A stretch of DNA of 48,669 bases from Chloroflexota bacterium (GCA_031362295.1 JANLSG010000125.1:1-48669); one strand, 5' to 3'; positions 17,165 through 25,732 are shown, counted from the stretch's first letter. Numbers and translations are program-made. Notes: generated from the letters alone by a model not told the origin.

Positions 17165-20100
17165 TCACGAGCCTCCGTCCAGCCAGCTGAGCTGGCCTTG
17201 CGGCGGCGGCTTCCGCGTCTGCTCCTCGGCGACCTCCACCAGCCGGCACAGGGCGTTCGCGAGCTGCATCTGGCGCGGGCTGTGGCACGCCACCTGGATG
17301 AGCGCCGGAGACGCGACGACGATGGCGGCACACCGAGCTCGTGATGTCGCCACGTTGAGCCGGTTCAGTGAGTACAGGAATTCCATGCCGCGCGGCGCCT
17401 CCTCGGGCGTGGAGGTCGCCATCGCATAGATCGAGATCGGCGCCTCCTGGCCCTGGAACTTGTCCACCGTGCCCACCCTGGCCCCGGTGAGCCCGGCGTC
17501 GGCGAGCGCCCTTGCGATTCGCTCCACGTGGGCGTTATACGGCGCGACGATCACCACGTCATCGAGGGTGATCGCCTTCTCGGCGCCCTCGTGGTCCGTC
17601 CAGCGGGCACCGACCTGGAGAAGGTCGTGGACGACCGCGGTGATCGCCTCCGCCTCCTCGATGGATTCCGTCGCATCGCCGACGTGCACCACCGGCATCC
17701 AGCGCATCCCCGTCCCGGTGACCGAATCGCTTCCCGCGAGCGCCTGCCCAGCCATCGATGGTTCCGACTGCAGCTGGCCGGCGTAGAACACCTCCGACGT
17801 GTACGTGCAGATGTCCGGATGGAGTCGCCAGGTACGCTCCAGGAAGAGCCCGGCACCCTCCTCCATCACCGCCCGATCACCCAGCACATGCCCCAGCGCG
17901 CTGCTCTCCGTCCCGGGCGGGTGGCTGCCCTGGAGCGGCTGGTCGAGCTGCTGGGGGTCGCCCAGCAGGACCAGGGAACGCCCGGCCTGTGCAACCGCGA
18001 TCGTGTTCGCCAGCGAGAACTGCCCCGCCTCGTCGATGAACAGCACATCGACGGTGCTCGCGAACTCCGGCCGGGACCAGAGCCAGGCCGTTCCGCCGAC
18101 AACGTCCTGCTCGCCGCCGACGATCGCCTGGTGCGCCTCCGGGTTCTTCCGCAAGGGCTTCGCGAACTTGGAGGTGGGCTCCTCGTCATCCCCGCACCGC
18201 TGCCCGAGCCGGACGGTCACGCCGGCCTTCACGGCAGCCTTGTGCACCGCGTCAAGCGCATTCCCGATCACCTTGTGGCTGTTCGCGGTGATCCCCACTC
18301 GCCGTCCCTCGGCCACGAGGGCGAGGATCATCCGCGCGGCCGTGTGCGTCTTGCCGCTTCCGGGCGGACCCTGGATCGCGAGGACCGATTCGTCCAGGCT
18401 GCTCGCGAGTCGCACGGCGGCGTCGCCGGGCTCCTCGCCGGCCAACTGGAGCGGACCGTCCGGGCCGAGGAGTCGCGGCCGACGCCGCAGGAGCAGGTCG
18501 CGGCTGGCGCGCGCGGGACCCGCCGACTCGATGTCGTGCGCCAGCGTCCATTCGGCGGTGCGCAGGAGGGAGCCAACGAGCGGGCGACTGTTGACGAGCT
18601 CGTTGGGAATCAGCGCGGCTGGCCGGCTGCCCTGCTGCGTCGGGCCGCGCCGAAGCACGAGGGTCAGGCCGACCTCGTCGATGCTCTCGACCGTCCCACA
18701 GCTCCACGAGTCGTCCTCATTCGCGACGCGGTCCGGATCGTCCACGCTCCGGCCTACCTTCAGCGCGTGGTCCTGGAGCGGGAAGCTGTACCGCTCGCGG
18801 CGGCTGCCCTTGCCGACCGGTCCCAGGTCCTCGACGAACGTCAGGCGCCCGATCGGCTCGCGCGCGTCCACGAGCGCGTCGTCGGCCATGCCCGCGAGCT
18901 CGAAGAAGCGCCACCAGAACGCGTTCTCCTCGCGCTTGTAGAAGCCAAGCAGGTGGGCGAGCAGCCAGCGGGCATGCTCCGGTGCAGACCGCTCCTCGAG
19001 GTCCACGGGCACGCCGCCCGTGAGGGCCTCCACGAGGTCCGCGACGTGTTGCTGCTCCGACGTCAGAACCTTCTGGTCCGCGGCCTCCGGGTGCGGATCC
19101 GGGCGGGGCACGTCCATGCCGAGCTGCACCCCGAGCTCGATCCGGCGCACTTCGAGCCAGTCGCGGAGTCGCCAGTTGCTGAGGACGTCGTCGCGGTTGT
19201 AGCCCGCGATGGATCGGAGGATCTCGTCGCCGACCGCGCCGTTCTCATCCGGCGTCTCCTCCAGCCAGGCCTCGAAGGCAACGATGCTCGACGACGCGCT
19301 CTTCAGCTCGACCTCGCGCACCAGTCCGTACAGCGGCTCCAGCCGCTTGATCGAGTAGCTCTCGACGCTCGCCCGGATGCCCTGGCGCACAACCCGAAAG
19401 AGGTCCACGAGGACGCGGCCCCGAAGCAGGCGATCCACCTCCTCCTCCCGGGTCGCGTGGCGCTGCGCCAGCCGGCCCAGTGCCGACTTCTCGTACGCGG
19501 CGTAGTGGTAGACGTGCATCGCGGGGTCCGCGTCGAGCCGGTCGATGAGGAGGTCAACGAGCGTCTCGAATGCGGCCTTCTCCGCGGCCCGCGTCACCGC
19601 TCCCGCGCCGTCGCGGCTCCAGATCTCGTGGAAGCGCGGCTCTCCGGGACGCTCCGGGTCATCGAGGCCGGGCTCCAGAACGCCGAACAGGTACTCGACG
19701 CCGTCCTCCAGCGCGAACGGGTCCCCTTCGATGTCGAAGAAAAGGTCATGTGGGCTGGGCTCCGGCAGGACGAGAAAGCCTCGGTCCGCGACCAATACGC
19801 CCTTGTCGTCACGCTCCGGCTCGAGGATCTCCGATCGGATTGCCCCCGCGTCCTCGCCTTCGACCTGGATGCGCGCCTGCTCGCGGACTCGCTCGAGGGC
19901 GTCACCGCTGACCCCGTCGAGGCGGGGATCCATCGGCAACTCGAGGACAGCGAGCTCGCGACGCCGCTGGATCGCGCGCTCCTTGAGCGCCCGCCGCTGC
20001 CGCGCGGTGATCCCGGCGACGAGGGACAGGTCGTCATCGCGCCGGCGCTGGGCCTTGCAATCGACGACCCAGCGGCAGACGTCGCAATGCTCCACGGGCT

Positions 20101-20764
20101 CCGGGTACGTCGCCGTCACCGGGTACACGGCATCGCCGGCCGCAACCGCTGCCGCGAACTCCCGCTTGACGCGCCGGTAGTACGCCATGAAGTCCGAGAC
20201 GCGGTAGTGCGCCGTCTCCCTCGCGCTCCCACCGAGGACGATGTGCAGCCACTCCGGCGCCGTACCCTGCACGCGCTCCAGTTGCTCGACGTAGGAGCAG
20301 ATCTGGAGAATCGCGCCGGCCTTCGCCTTGCGCGCCAGCTTCGTGTCCGCCACCTCGTACGACCAGTCGCCGAGGTTGCTGGGCTTCGAGACCTTGAGCA
20401 GGAAGTCCGCGTGCCCGCGCCAGGTCCCGTCGAAGAACGTCGCCTGGTAGATGACGTCCGCGCCTGCGCGCAGGGCCGCCTCGGTCTCGGCCGCCGCCGC
20501 GCGCAGCGCTTCGCCGGCATCCGCGATGGATCCGTCACGCTCGATCTCGATCACGGAGCGGCCCTCCGCCCGGAGGTCCGCCAGGTAGCGCTGCTCATGT
20601 GCGATGCCACGGCGCGCGATGAGGTCGATGCCGGGATCATTCCGGATCGGCTTCTTCACCAGCCCGGCGAGGGCCGCACGCTCGAGCGCGAGCCGATGCG
20701 TACACGCAAGGAAGCCCACGAGGTCCGTCGCCGCGTAGACGGGCCGGCCGTCGATCATCTGCAC
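17165..20764 (-). CDS. Tri-domain Cas4/RecB-like Fe-S PD-(D/E)XK nuclease + RNase-H-like exonuclease + SF1B (Upf1/DNA2-like) helicase (TM0106-type nuclease fused to an AAA_11/AAA_12 helicase)
   Basis: The N-terminal domain has GHADFL, EVADTK and QICSY, plus Cys21 and CDVCRWVVDC (C-x2-C-x5-C). The middle domain has LFFDIEGDP, HYAAYEKSAL and YNRDDV. The C-terminal domain has GPPGSGKTHT, LFIDEAGQ, GDPQQL, TWRLHP, VDKFQGQEA and NVATSRAR. Confidence 0.9.
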   Translation of the reverse strand: MQMIDGRPVYAATDLVGFLACTHRLALERAALAGLVKKPIRNDPGIDLIARRGIAHEQRYLADLRAEGRSVIEIERDGSIADAGEALRAAAAETEAALRAGADVIYQATFFDGTWRGHADFLLKVSKPSNLGDWSYEVADTKLARKAKAGAILQICSYVEQLERVQGTAPEWLHIVLGGSARETAHYRVSDFMAYYRRVKREFAAAVAAGDAVYPVTATYPEPVEHCDVCRWVVDCKAQRRRDDDLSLVAGITARQRRALKERAIQRRRELAVLELPMDPRLDGVSGDALERVREQARIQVEGEDAGAIRSEILEPERDDKGVLVADRGFLVLPEPSPHDLFFDIEGDPFALEDGVEYLFGVLEPGLDDPERPGEPRFHEIWSRDGAGAVTRAAEKAAFETLVDLLIDRLDADPAMHVYHYAAYEKSALGRLAQRHATREEEVDRLLRGRVLVDLFRVVRQGIRASVESYSIKRLEPLYGLVREVELKSASSSIVAFEAWLEETPDENGAVGDEILRSIAGYNRDDVLSNWRLRDWLEVRRIELGVQLGMDVPRPDPHPEAADQKVLTSEQQHVADLVEALTGGVPVDLEERSAPEHARWLLAHLLGFYKREENAFWWRFFELAGMADDALVDAREPIGRLTFVEDLGPVGKGSRRERYSFPLQDHALKVGRSVDDPDRVANEDDSWSCGTVESIDEVGLTLVLRRGPTQQGSRPAALIPNELVNSRPLVGSLLRTAEWTLAHDIESAGPARASRDLLLRRRPRLLGPDGPLQLAGEEPGDAAVRLASSLDESVLAIQGPPGSGKTHTAARMILALVAEGRRVGITANSHKVIGNALDAVHKAAVKAGVTVRLGQRCGDDEEPTSKFAKPLRKNPEAHQAIVGGEQDVVGGTAWLWSRPEFASTVDVLFIDEAGQFSLANTIAVAQAGRSLVLLGDPQQLDQPLQGSHPPGTESSALGHVLGDRAVMEEGAGLFLERTWRLHPDICTYTSEVFYAGQLQSEPSMAGQALAGSDSVTGTGMRWMPVVHVGDATESIEEAEAITAVVHDLLQVGARWTDHEGAEKAITLDDVVIVAPYNAHVERIARALADAGLTGARVGTVDKFQGQEAPISIYAMATSTPEEAPRGMEFLYSLNRLNVATSRARCAAIVVASPALIQVACHSPRQMQLANALCRLVEVAEEQTRKPPPQGQLSWLDGGS

Positions 20765-20835
20765 GCGTGAAGCCTAGGCCGCTCGCCTGCCGGGTTGTCT
20801 GTCACCGACTTGACCGTTCGGCGCAGAATGCAGCC

Positions 20836-21612
20836 GTGCAAAGAAGAGCCTCCAGTGCGCCGCGCCGCGCGCTGGTCCTCAACGATCGCGCCATCATCGT
20901 GGACCTGATCGAGCTCACCTTGAACCATGGCATGTTCGTCGTGAGTGCCGCCGCCACGCTCGCGGAAGCCAAGGCAATCCTGGCGGAACAGCGGCCCCAC
21001 CTTGCCGTGATCGACATGGACCACGACGAGAGCACCGCCCTTCTTCGTGACCTCGGGGCCTCGAACACGCTCGCGCGAAGTACGACGCCGGTCATCGGGC
21101 TGACGCGGCGCGGCGATCTGAAGACGAAGCTCCAGGCATTCGAACTGGGAGTCGACGACATCCTGGTGGTGCCGTTCTCGCCCGAGGAGCTGCTCGCGCG
21201 GTCCATCGTCGTCAGCCGCAGGGCGACCGGCACGGACCTGCCGATCGTCCCGACCATCCGGCTCGGCGAGATCGAGATCGACATCCTCAATCGAGTGGTC
21301 CATGCCGGCGACTCGATCGTTCACCTGAGCGGCATCGAGCAGAGCCTTATGTACCTGCTGGCGAGCCGTGGCGGACGGGTCGTGACGCGGGAGGAGATCC
21401 TCGACGTGATCTGGGGCACCGACTTCGTGGCCGAGAGCAACATCGTGGATCGCCACGTGCGGAGCCTGCGGATCAAGCTCCAGAACGACTATCGCCGCCC
21501 GCGGTTCATCGAGACCGTCCCGGGCAAGGGCTATCGCTTCATCCCGACCTTCACGAACGTGGGCTGGGATCCCGGCGCCGCAACCACCGCGGGCGACGCC
21601 CACCAGCACTGA
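20836..21612 (+). CDS. Atypical OmpR-family response regulator (degenerate receiver), orphan
   Basis: A winged helix (RHVRSLRIKL, GKGYRF) is present. The receiver has LVLND in place of DD, AVIDMD, IGLT, and VVPF in place of KPF. A GTG start at 20836 is preferred, because ATG 20767 would leave no divergent promoter. Confidence 0.82.
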   Translation: MQRRASSAPRRALVLNDRAIIVDLIELTLNHGMFVVSAAATLAEAKAILAEQRPHLAVIDMDHDESTALLRDLGASNTLARSTTPVIGLTRRGDLKTKLQAFELGVDDILVVPFSPEELLARSIVVSRRATGTDLPIVPTIRLGEIEIDILNRVVHAGDSIVHLSGIEQSLMYLLASRGGRVVTREEILDVIWGTDFVAESNIVDRHVRSLRIKLQNDYRRPRFIETVPGKGYRFIPTFTNVGWDPGAATTAGDAHQH

Positions 21613-21725
21613 TCCGGGCCTGGGCCGGGCCGCTGTGGCCCTGACATGACGGGTTGTCATGACCTCAAACGCCATCAAACGCACACTCCTGGGACAGTCG
21701 AGACCCTTGCAGTTGTGTATCGGAA

Positions 21726-22061
21726 ATGGCGGCGGTCGTGGCGGTCGAACCCCGGAATATCGGATTGCTCTGGCGCCAGTGGGGCCGAACCGATGGGGCG
21801 GCTGCCCCACCCAGCCTTCGAACAGATCCGCTCTCGCCGACCGCGGCCGAAATCGGGCTGCCGGAGAGACCGGCGGTCCGAGCGGACGTCGCCCCGGTAC
21901 CGCTGACGATGGCCGGCGTCCTTACAGCGTGGCGCGTGGCCGATCGGGCGCTCGCCGAGCTGACGGTGGGGAGCCCGGAATGGGCGGCCGTCAACGCGAC
22001 GATCATCAGTCTTCGGGCTTCGTACCAGACCCGGTTTGGGGAGTACATCGACCGCGAATGA
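21726..22061 (+). CDS. Hypothetical small protein; only the C-terminal ~50 aa show a clear coding signal
   Basis: GC3 is high only from ATG 21909 onward (MAGVLTAWRVADRALAELTVGSPEWAAVNATIISLRASYQTRFGEYIDRE). No family was recognised and the SD is weak. Confidence 0.35.
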   Translation: MAAVVAVEPRNIGLLWRQWGRTDGAAAPPSLRTDPLSPTAAEIGLPERPAVRADVAPVPLTMAGVLTAWRVADRALAELTVGSPEWAAVNATIISLRASYQTRFGEYIDRE

Positions 22062-22154
22062 CGAGCCGTCATGACAGGCGCTGTACCCGTCCGCAAAGTC
22101 CAGCGCAGCGGCGATCGGACTGAGGGGTTTCAGGCCGGATCCCGCCCTCCTCCC

Positions 22155-22194
22155 GCGAGGAAGGGACCGCCAGTCGTTGACGGACCTTCCTCGC
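22155..22194 (+). promoter_or_regulatory. Strong stem-loop in the leader of the ABC/mttB operon
   Basis: A perfect 10-bp inverted repeat GCGAGGAAGG / CCTTCCTCGC has a 20-nt loop and is flanked by CCTCC-rich tracts. It lies about 120 nt upstream of the GTG at 22315. There is no U-tract. Confidence 0.35.
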
Positions 22195-22314
22195 ACCCTC
22201 CCACCGGTTTGACGCTGGCGCGGCGCGCAACCGATCCCGGCGATACGCTCCCCCAGCACCTGCTCGAACGCGGGACCGCGATCGAGACGTAGCGCAAGGG
22301 AGACGGTCGGGCGC

Positions 22315-23271
22315 GTGGCACAGCCGATGATCCAGGTCGTCGATCTCGTGAAGCGCTACCGCAAGGCGACGCGCAACGCGGTCGACGGGATCTCGTTCGA
22401 TGTGGGTGCCGGCGAGTTCTTCGCCCTGCTCGGCCCGAACGGCGCCGGGAAGACGACGACGATCGCCATCCTGACGACGACGCTCCTGCCGTCGAGCGGG
22501 AAGGCGACGATCGCGGGCCACGATCTCGTCACCGAGGCGAGTGCCGTGCGGCGGCTCGTTGGAATCATCTTCCAGCGGCCGAGCCTGGACCAGAACCTCA
22601 CGGGCGAGGAGAACATTCGCCTCCACGCCATCCTCTACGGGATCCACCCGTACGCGCCCGCGTACCGGCTCATGCAGGCCGGGTACCGACGCCGGGTGAC
22701 CGAGCTCGCGGAGCTGCTCGGCATCGGCAGGGAGGTCTTCGACCCGGTTCGAACCTACTCCGGCGGCATGCGCCGGAAGTTGGAGATCGTGCGCAGCCTG
22801 ATGCACGACCCGAGGGTGCTGTTCCTCGATGAGCCGACGGCCGGCCTTGATCCGCCGAGCCGCCGCACGCTTTGGAGCTACCTCGACACGGTCCGCCAGG
22901 AGCACCAGACGACCATCTTCCTGACGACCCACTACATCGAGGAGGCCGAGCAGGCGGACAAGGTGTGCTTCATCACCGGCGGCCACGTCGTTGCCTCCGG
23001 TACGCCCGCTGAGCTCAAGGCGGCCCTGGTGGACGAGTACATCCTCGTGGACGCGGACAACCGGTCGGCGCTGGAGGCGGAGCTCACGCGCTTGCGCCTG
23101 CAGCACGGTGGCAGCGGTCCGTTCCGGGTGCCCCTCGAGGCCCACCGTACCCACGAGGTCCTGCGCGCGATCCAGACCCCGCTGACCGTCATCCGGACCC
23201 ACGCACCGACCCTCGAGGACGCCTACCTCGAGATCGTCGAGCGGGCGGAGGCGGAGACGGCCGATGCGTGA
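22315..23271 (+). CDS. ABC transporter ATP-binding protein (DrrA/ABC-2 type)
   Basis: Walker A is GPNGAGKTT, the signature is YSGGMRRKL and Walker B is VLFLDEPTAGLD. A GTG start follows AAGGGAGA. Confidence 0.92.
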   Translation: MAQPMIQVVDLVKRYRKATRNAVDGISFDVGAGEFFALLGPNGAGKTTTIAILTTTLLPSSGKATIAGHDLVTEASAVRRLVGIIFQRPSLDQNLTGEENIRLHAILYGIHPYAPAYRLMQAGYRRRVTELAELLGIGREVFDPVRTYSGGMRRKLEIVRSLMHDPRVLFLDEPTAGLDPPSRRTLWSYLDTVRQEHQTTIFLTTHYIEEAEQADKVCFITGGHVVASGTPAELKAALVDEYILVDADNRSALEAELTRLRLQHGGSGPFRVPLEAHRTHEVLRAIQTPLTVIRTHAPTLEDAYLEIVERAEAETADA

Positions 23272-24043
23272 GCTGTCCGCGATCCTGGCGATCGCCCACC
23301 GCGACTTTGTCAAGCTCATCCGGGACCGGCCGCGGATCATCGGGGACGTCGCCTTCCCGCTGATCTTCATCGGCATCCTCGGCACCACCTTGCAGGCCGG
23401 GTTCGGCGAGGCCGGCGGCTTCAACCTCCTGACGTTCGTGTTCACCGGCGTCCTCGGCCAGACGATCTGGCAGTCGTCCGCTCTGGGCGTTATCTCGCTC
23501 ATCGCCGATCGCGAGCAGGACTACAGCCAGGAGATGTTTGTCTCGCCGGTGTCGCGCTACTCGATCATCGCCGGCAAGATCCTCGGCGAATCGCTGGTGT
23601 CCCTCCCCCAGGCCATCGCGATCCTGATCCTCGGCTTCGCGCTCGGCGTGCGCCTCTCGGTGCCGGTGCTGATCACGCTGATCCCCACGGTGTTCGTCAT
23701 CGGGATCTTCGGGGGAGCGTTCGGCGTGCTCGTCCTGTCGAACCTGAAGAGCCAGCAGGCAGCGAACCAGATCTTTCCGTTCGTGATGCTCCCGCAGTTC
23801 TTCCTGGCCGGGGTGTTCAACCCCATCGGCAACCTGCCGTGGTACCTGGACATCGTTTCCCACCTGTCGCCGATGCGCTACGCGATCGATCTCGTGCGCG
23901 ACGTCTACTACGGCGCTCTGCCGGACCCGGTGCCCGTGCCCCTGTACGACGCGCCGACGAACCTCGCGATCATGGGCGGCATGTTCGTCCTGTTCCTCGT
24001 CGTGGGGACGACGCTGTTCGTCCGCTCGGAGCGCAATCGCTGA
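23264..24043 (+). CDS. ABC-2 type transporter permease
   Basis: It overlaps the ATPase gene by 8 nt and has six hydrophobic helices typical of ABC-2 permeases. Confidence 0.88.
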   Translation: MRELSAILAIAHRDFVKLIRDRPRIIGDVAFPLIFIGILGTTLQAGFGEAGGFNLLTFVFTGVLGQTIWQSSALGVISLIADREQDYSQEMFVSPVSRYSIIAGKILGESLVSLPQAIAILILGFALGVRLSVPVLITLIPTVFVIGIFGGAFGVLVLSNLKSQQAANQIFPFVMLPQFFLAGVFNPIGNLPWYLDIVSHLSPMRYAIDLVRDVYYGALPDPVPVPLYDAPTNLAIMGGMFVLFLVVGTTLFVRSERNR

Positions 24044-24044
24044 C

Positions 24045-25616
24045 GTGCCGGACCGGCTGGAGAACGCGGCCATCCCCGCGCACGCGCGTACACGCCATGC
24101 CAGGCGGACATCGGGTGGCATACCGCGCCTGCCGTGGCGCCGCCTCGTCAACACGTTGGGGCCCGTGGAGCTCCTGTCGGCGGACCAGGTGGAGGCGATC
24201 CATCGCGCCGCGTTGACGATCCTCCGCGACATCGGCATGCAGGTCCTGGGGGGCCGCGCCCTGGATCGATTTGCTGCGGCCGGTGCGCGCATCGAGCGCG
24301 AGGATGGCGCCCGTGGGCCGGCGGGCATGGTCTACCTGGACCCGGCACACGTTGACGAGCTGGTCGCGCTCGTACCGTCGCGCTTCGAGCTGCACGCACG
24401 GAACCCCGAGAAGGACCTCGTCTTCGGGGGCCGCCACCTGGTGTTCGGGGCGGTCGGCGGGCCTGCGTTCGTGACGGATATCGATCGAGGCCGGCGAGCC
24501 GGCAACGCCGCCGACTTCGACGCCTTCGTCCGGGTGATCGGCAGCCTCGACATCATCCACCAGGAGGGCGGTGGACCCCTCGAGCCGACGGACCTGCCGG
24601 TCGAAACGCGCCACCTCGACATGTACAGGACGCTCGCGACGCTGCTCGACAAGACGTGGCAGTGCCTCGCCTTCGGACGCGGGGTCGTCGATGACGCGAT
24701 CGAGGTGGCGTGCATCACCCGGGGCGTGGACCGCGACACGCTGGTCCGCGAGCCCAGCCTGATGACGATCGTCAACTCCAACTCGCCGCTCCGGCTGGAC
24801 GAGCCGATGGGCGATGGGCTGATCGAGATGGCGACGTGGGGCCAGCCGGTCGTCGCAACCCCGTTCACCCTCGCCGGCGCGATGACCCCGGTCACGCTCG
24901 CCGGCGCACTCGCGCAGCAGCACGCCGAGGCGCTGTTCATGGTCGCGCTCGCCCAGATCGTCCGGCCCGGGACGCCGATGGTCTACGGCGGCTTCACCTC
25001 GAACGTCGACATGCGGACTGGCTCGCCGGCGTTCGGGACGCCGGAATACGTGAAGGCGGCGCTGGCAACAGGCCAGCTCGCCCGGCGCTGCGGGCTGCCG
25101 CATCGCTCGTCCAACGTCACGGGCTCGGCGGTCGTCGATGCCCAGGCGGCATACGAGAGCGAGATGTCCATCTGGGGCTCCGTGCTCGGTGGCGCGAGCC
25201 TCCTCTACCAGGGCGCGGGCTGGCTCGAAGGCGGCCTGACCGCCTCGTTCGAGAAGCTCATCCTGGACGCGGAGCTACTGCAGCAGATGGCCGAGGTCCT
25301 CGTGCCGTTTCCCGTCGACGACGCGTCGCTGGGGCTCGATGCGATCGCCGAGGTAGGGCCGGGCGGGCACTTCTTCGGCACCGCCCACACGCTGGCGAGA
25401 TTCGAGACGGCCTTCTACCAGCCGATGCTGTCCGACTGGCGGAACTTCGAGACCTGGCAGGAGGACGGCGAGCGCACCGCGACGGAGCGCGCGAACCGGA
25501 TCTGGAAGCAGCTCCTTGCCGAGTACGTGCCGCCGCCGCTGGACGCCGGGAGGTCGGAGGCGCTGGACGCGTTCGTGGACCGACGAAAGCGCGAGATCGC
25601 CGCGACCAGCGCCTGA
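24045..25616 (+). CDS. MttB-superfamily methyltransferase (trimethylamine methyltransferase family), non-pyrrolysine type
   Basis: A GTG start lies 1 nt after the permease stop. The family-typical N-terminus LSADQVEAIHRAALTILRDIGM is present and the length is 523 aa. The frame is uninterrupted, with no in-frame TAG. Confidence 0.85.
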   Translation: MPDRLENAAIPAHARTRHARRTSGGIPRLPWRRLVNTLGPVELLSADQVEAIHRAALTILRDIGMQVLGGRALDRFAAAGARIEREDGARGPAGMVYLDPAHVDELVALVPSRFELHARNPEKDLVFGGRHLVFGAVGGPAFVTDIDRGRRAGNAADFDAFVRVIGSLDIIHQEGGGPLEPTDLPVETRHLDMYRTLATLLDKTWQCLAFGRGVVDDAIEVACITRGVDRDTLVREPSLMTIVNSNSPLRLDEPMGDGLIEMATWGQPVVATPFTLAGAMTPVTLAGALAQQHAEALFMVALAQIVRPGTPMVYGGFTSNVDMRTGSPAFGTPEYVKAALATGQLARRCGLPHRSSNVTGSAVVDAQAAYESEMSIWGSVLGGASLLYQGAGWLEGGLTASFEKLILDAELLQQMAEVLVPFPVDDASLGLDAIAEVGPGGHFFGTAHTLARFETAFYQPMLSDWRNFETWQEDGERTATERANRIWKQLLAEYVPPPLDAGRSEALDAFVDRRKREIAATSA

Positions 25617-25630
25617 AATCAGGGACGGGA

Positions 25631-25675
25631 ATCGGCCGCTGTATCGCCGCTGAATCGCCGCTGAATCGCCGCGCC
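25631..25675. repeat. 11-bp tandem repeat ATCGCCGCTGA x4 (two perfect, two imperfect) in an intergenic region
   Basis: The units are atcggccgctgt, atcgccgctga, atcgccgctga and atcgccgcgcc. They start 15 nt after the mttB-like stop and end about 58 nt before the BNR gene start. Confidence 0.8.
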
Positions 25676-25732
25676 TCGGGCCTACACTTCGCTGCACCGT
25701 CGGCGGTCGAGCGCTTCGTGGAGGAATGCCCC

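Noticed and set aside
17528-20770. A 1080-aa ORF lies antisense to the nuclease-helicase gene. Similar giant antisense or overlapping ORFs occur at 3113-5056, 22069-23502, 24710-25730, 35787-37094, 41064-42560, 42133-44040 and 43668-45647.
   Set aside because: In high-GC DNA the frames opposite a real gene are depleted of stop codons. The translations are Arg/Pro/Ala/Gly-rich low-complexity with no recognisable domains. Every such region is already explained by a gene with clear family motifs and high GC3 on the other strand or frame.
24045-25616. I looked for pyrrolysine (in-frame UAG) recoding in the MttB-family gene.
   Set aside because: The reading frame is continuous for 523 codons with no internal TAG, and no pyl genes are visible. 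It is a non-Pyl family member.
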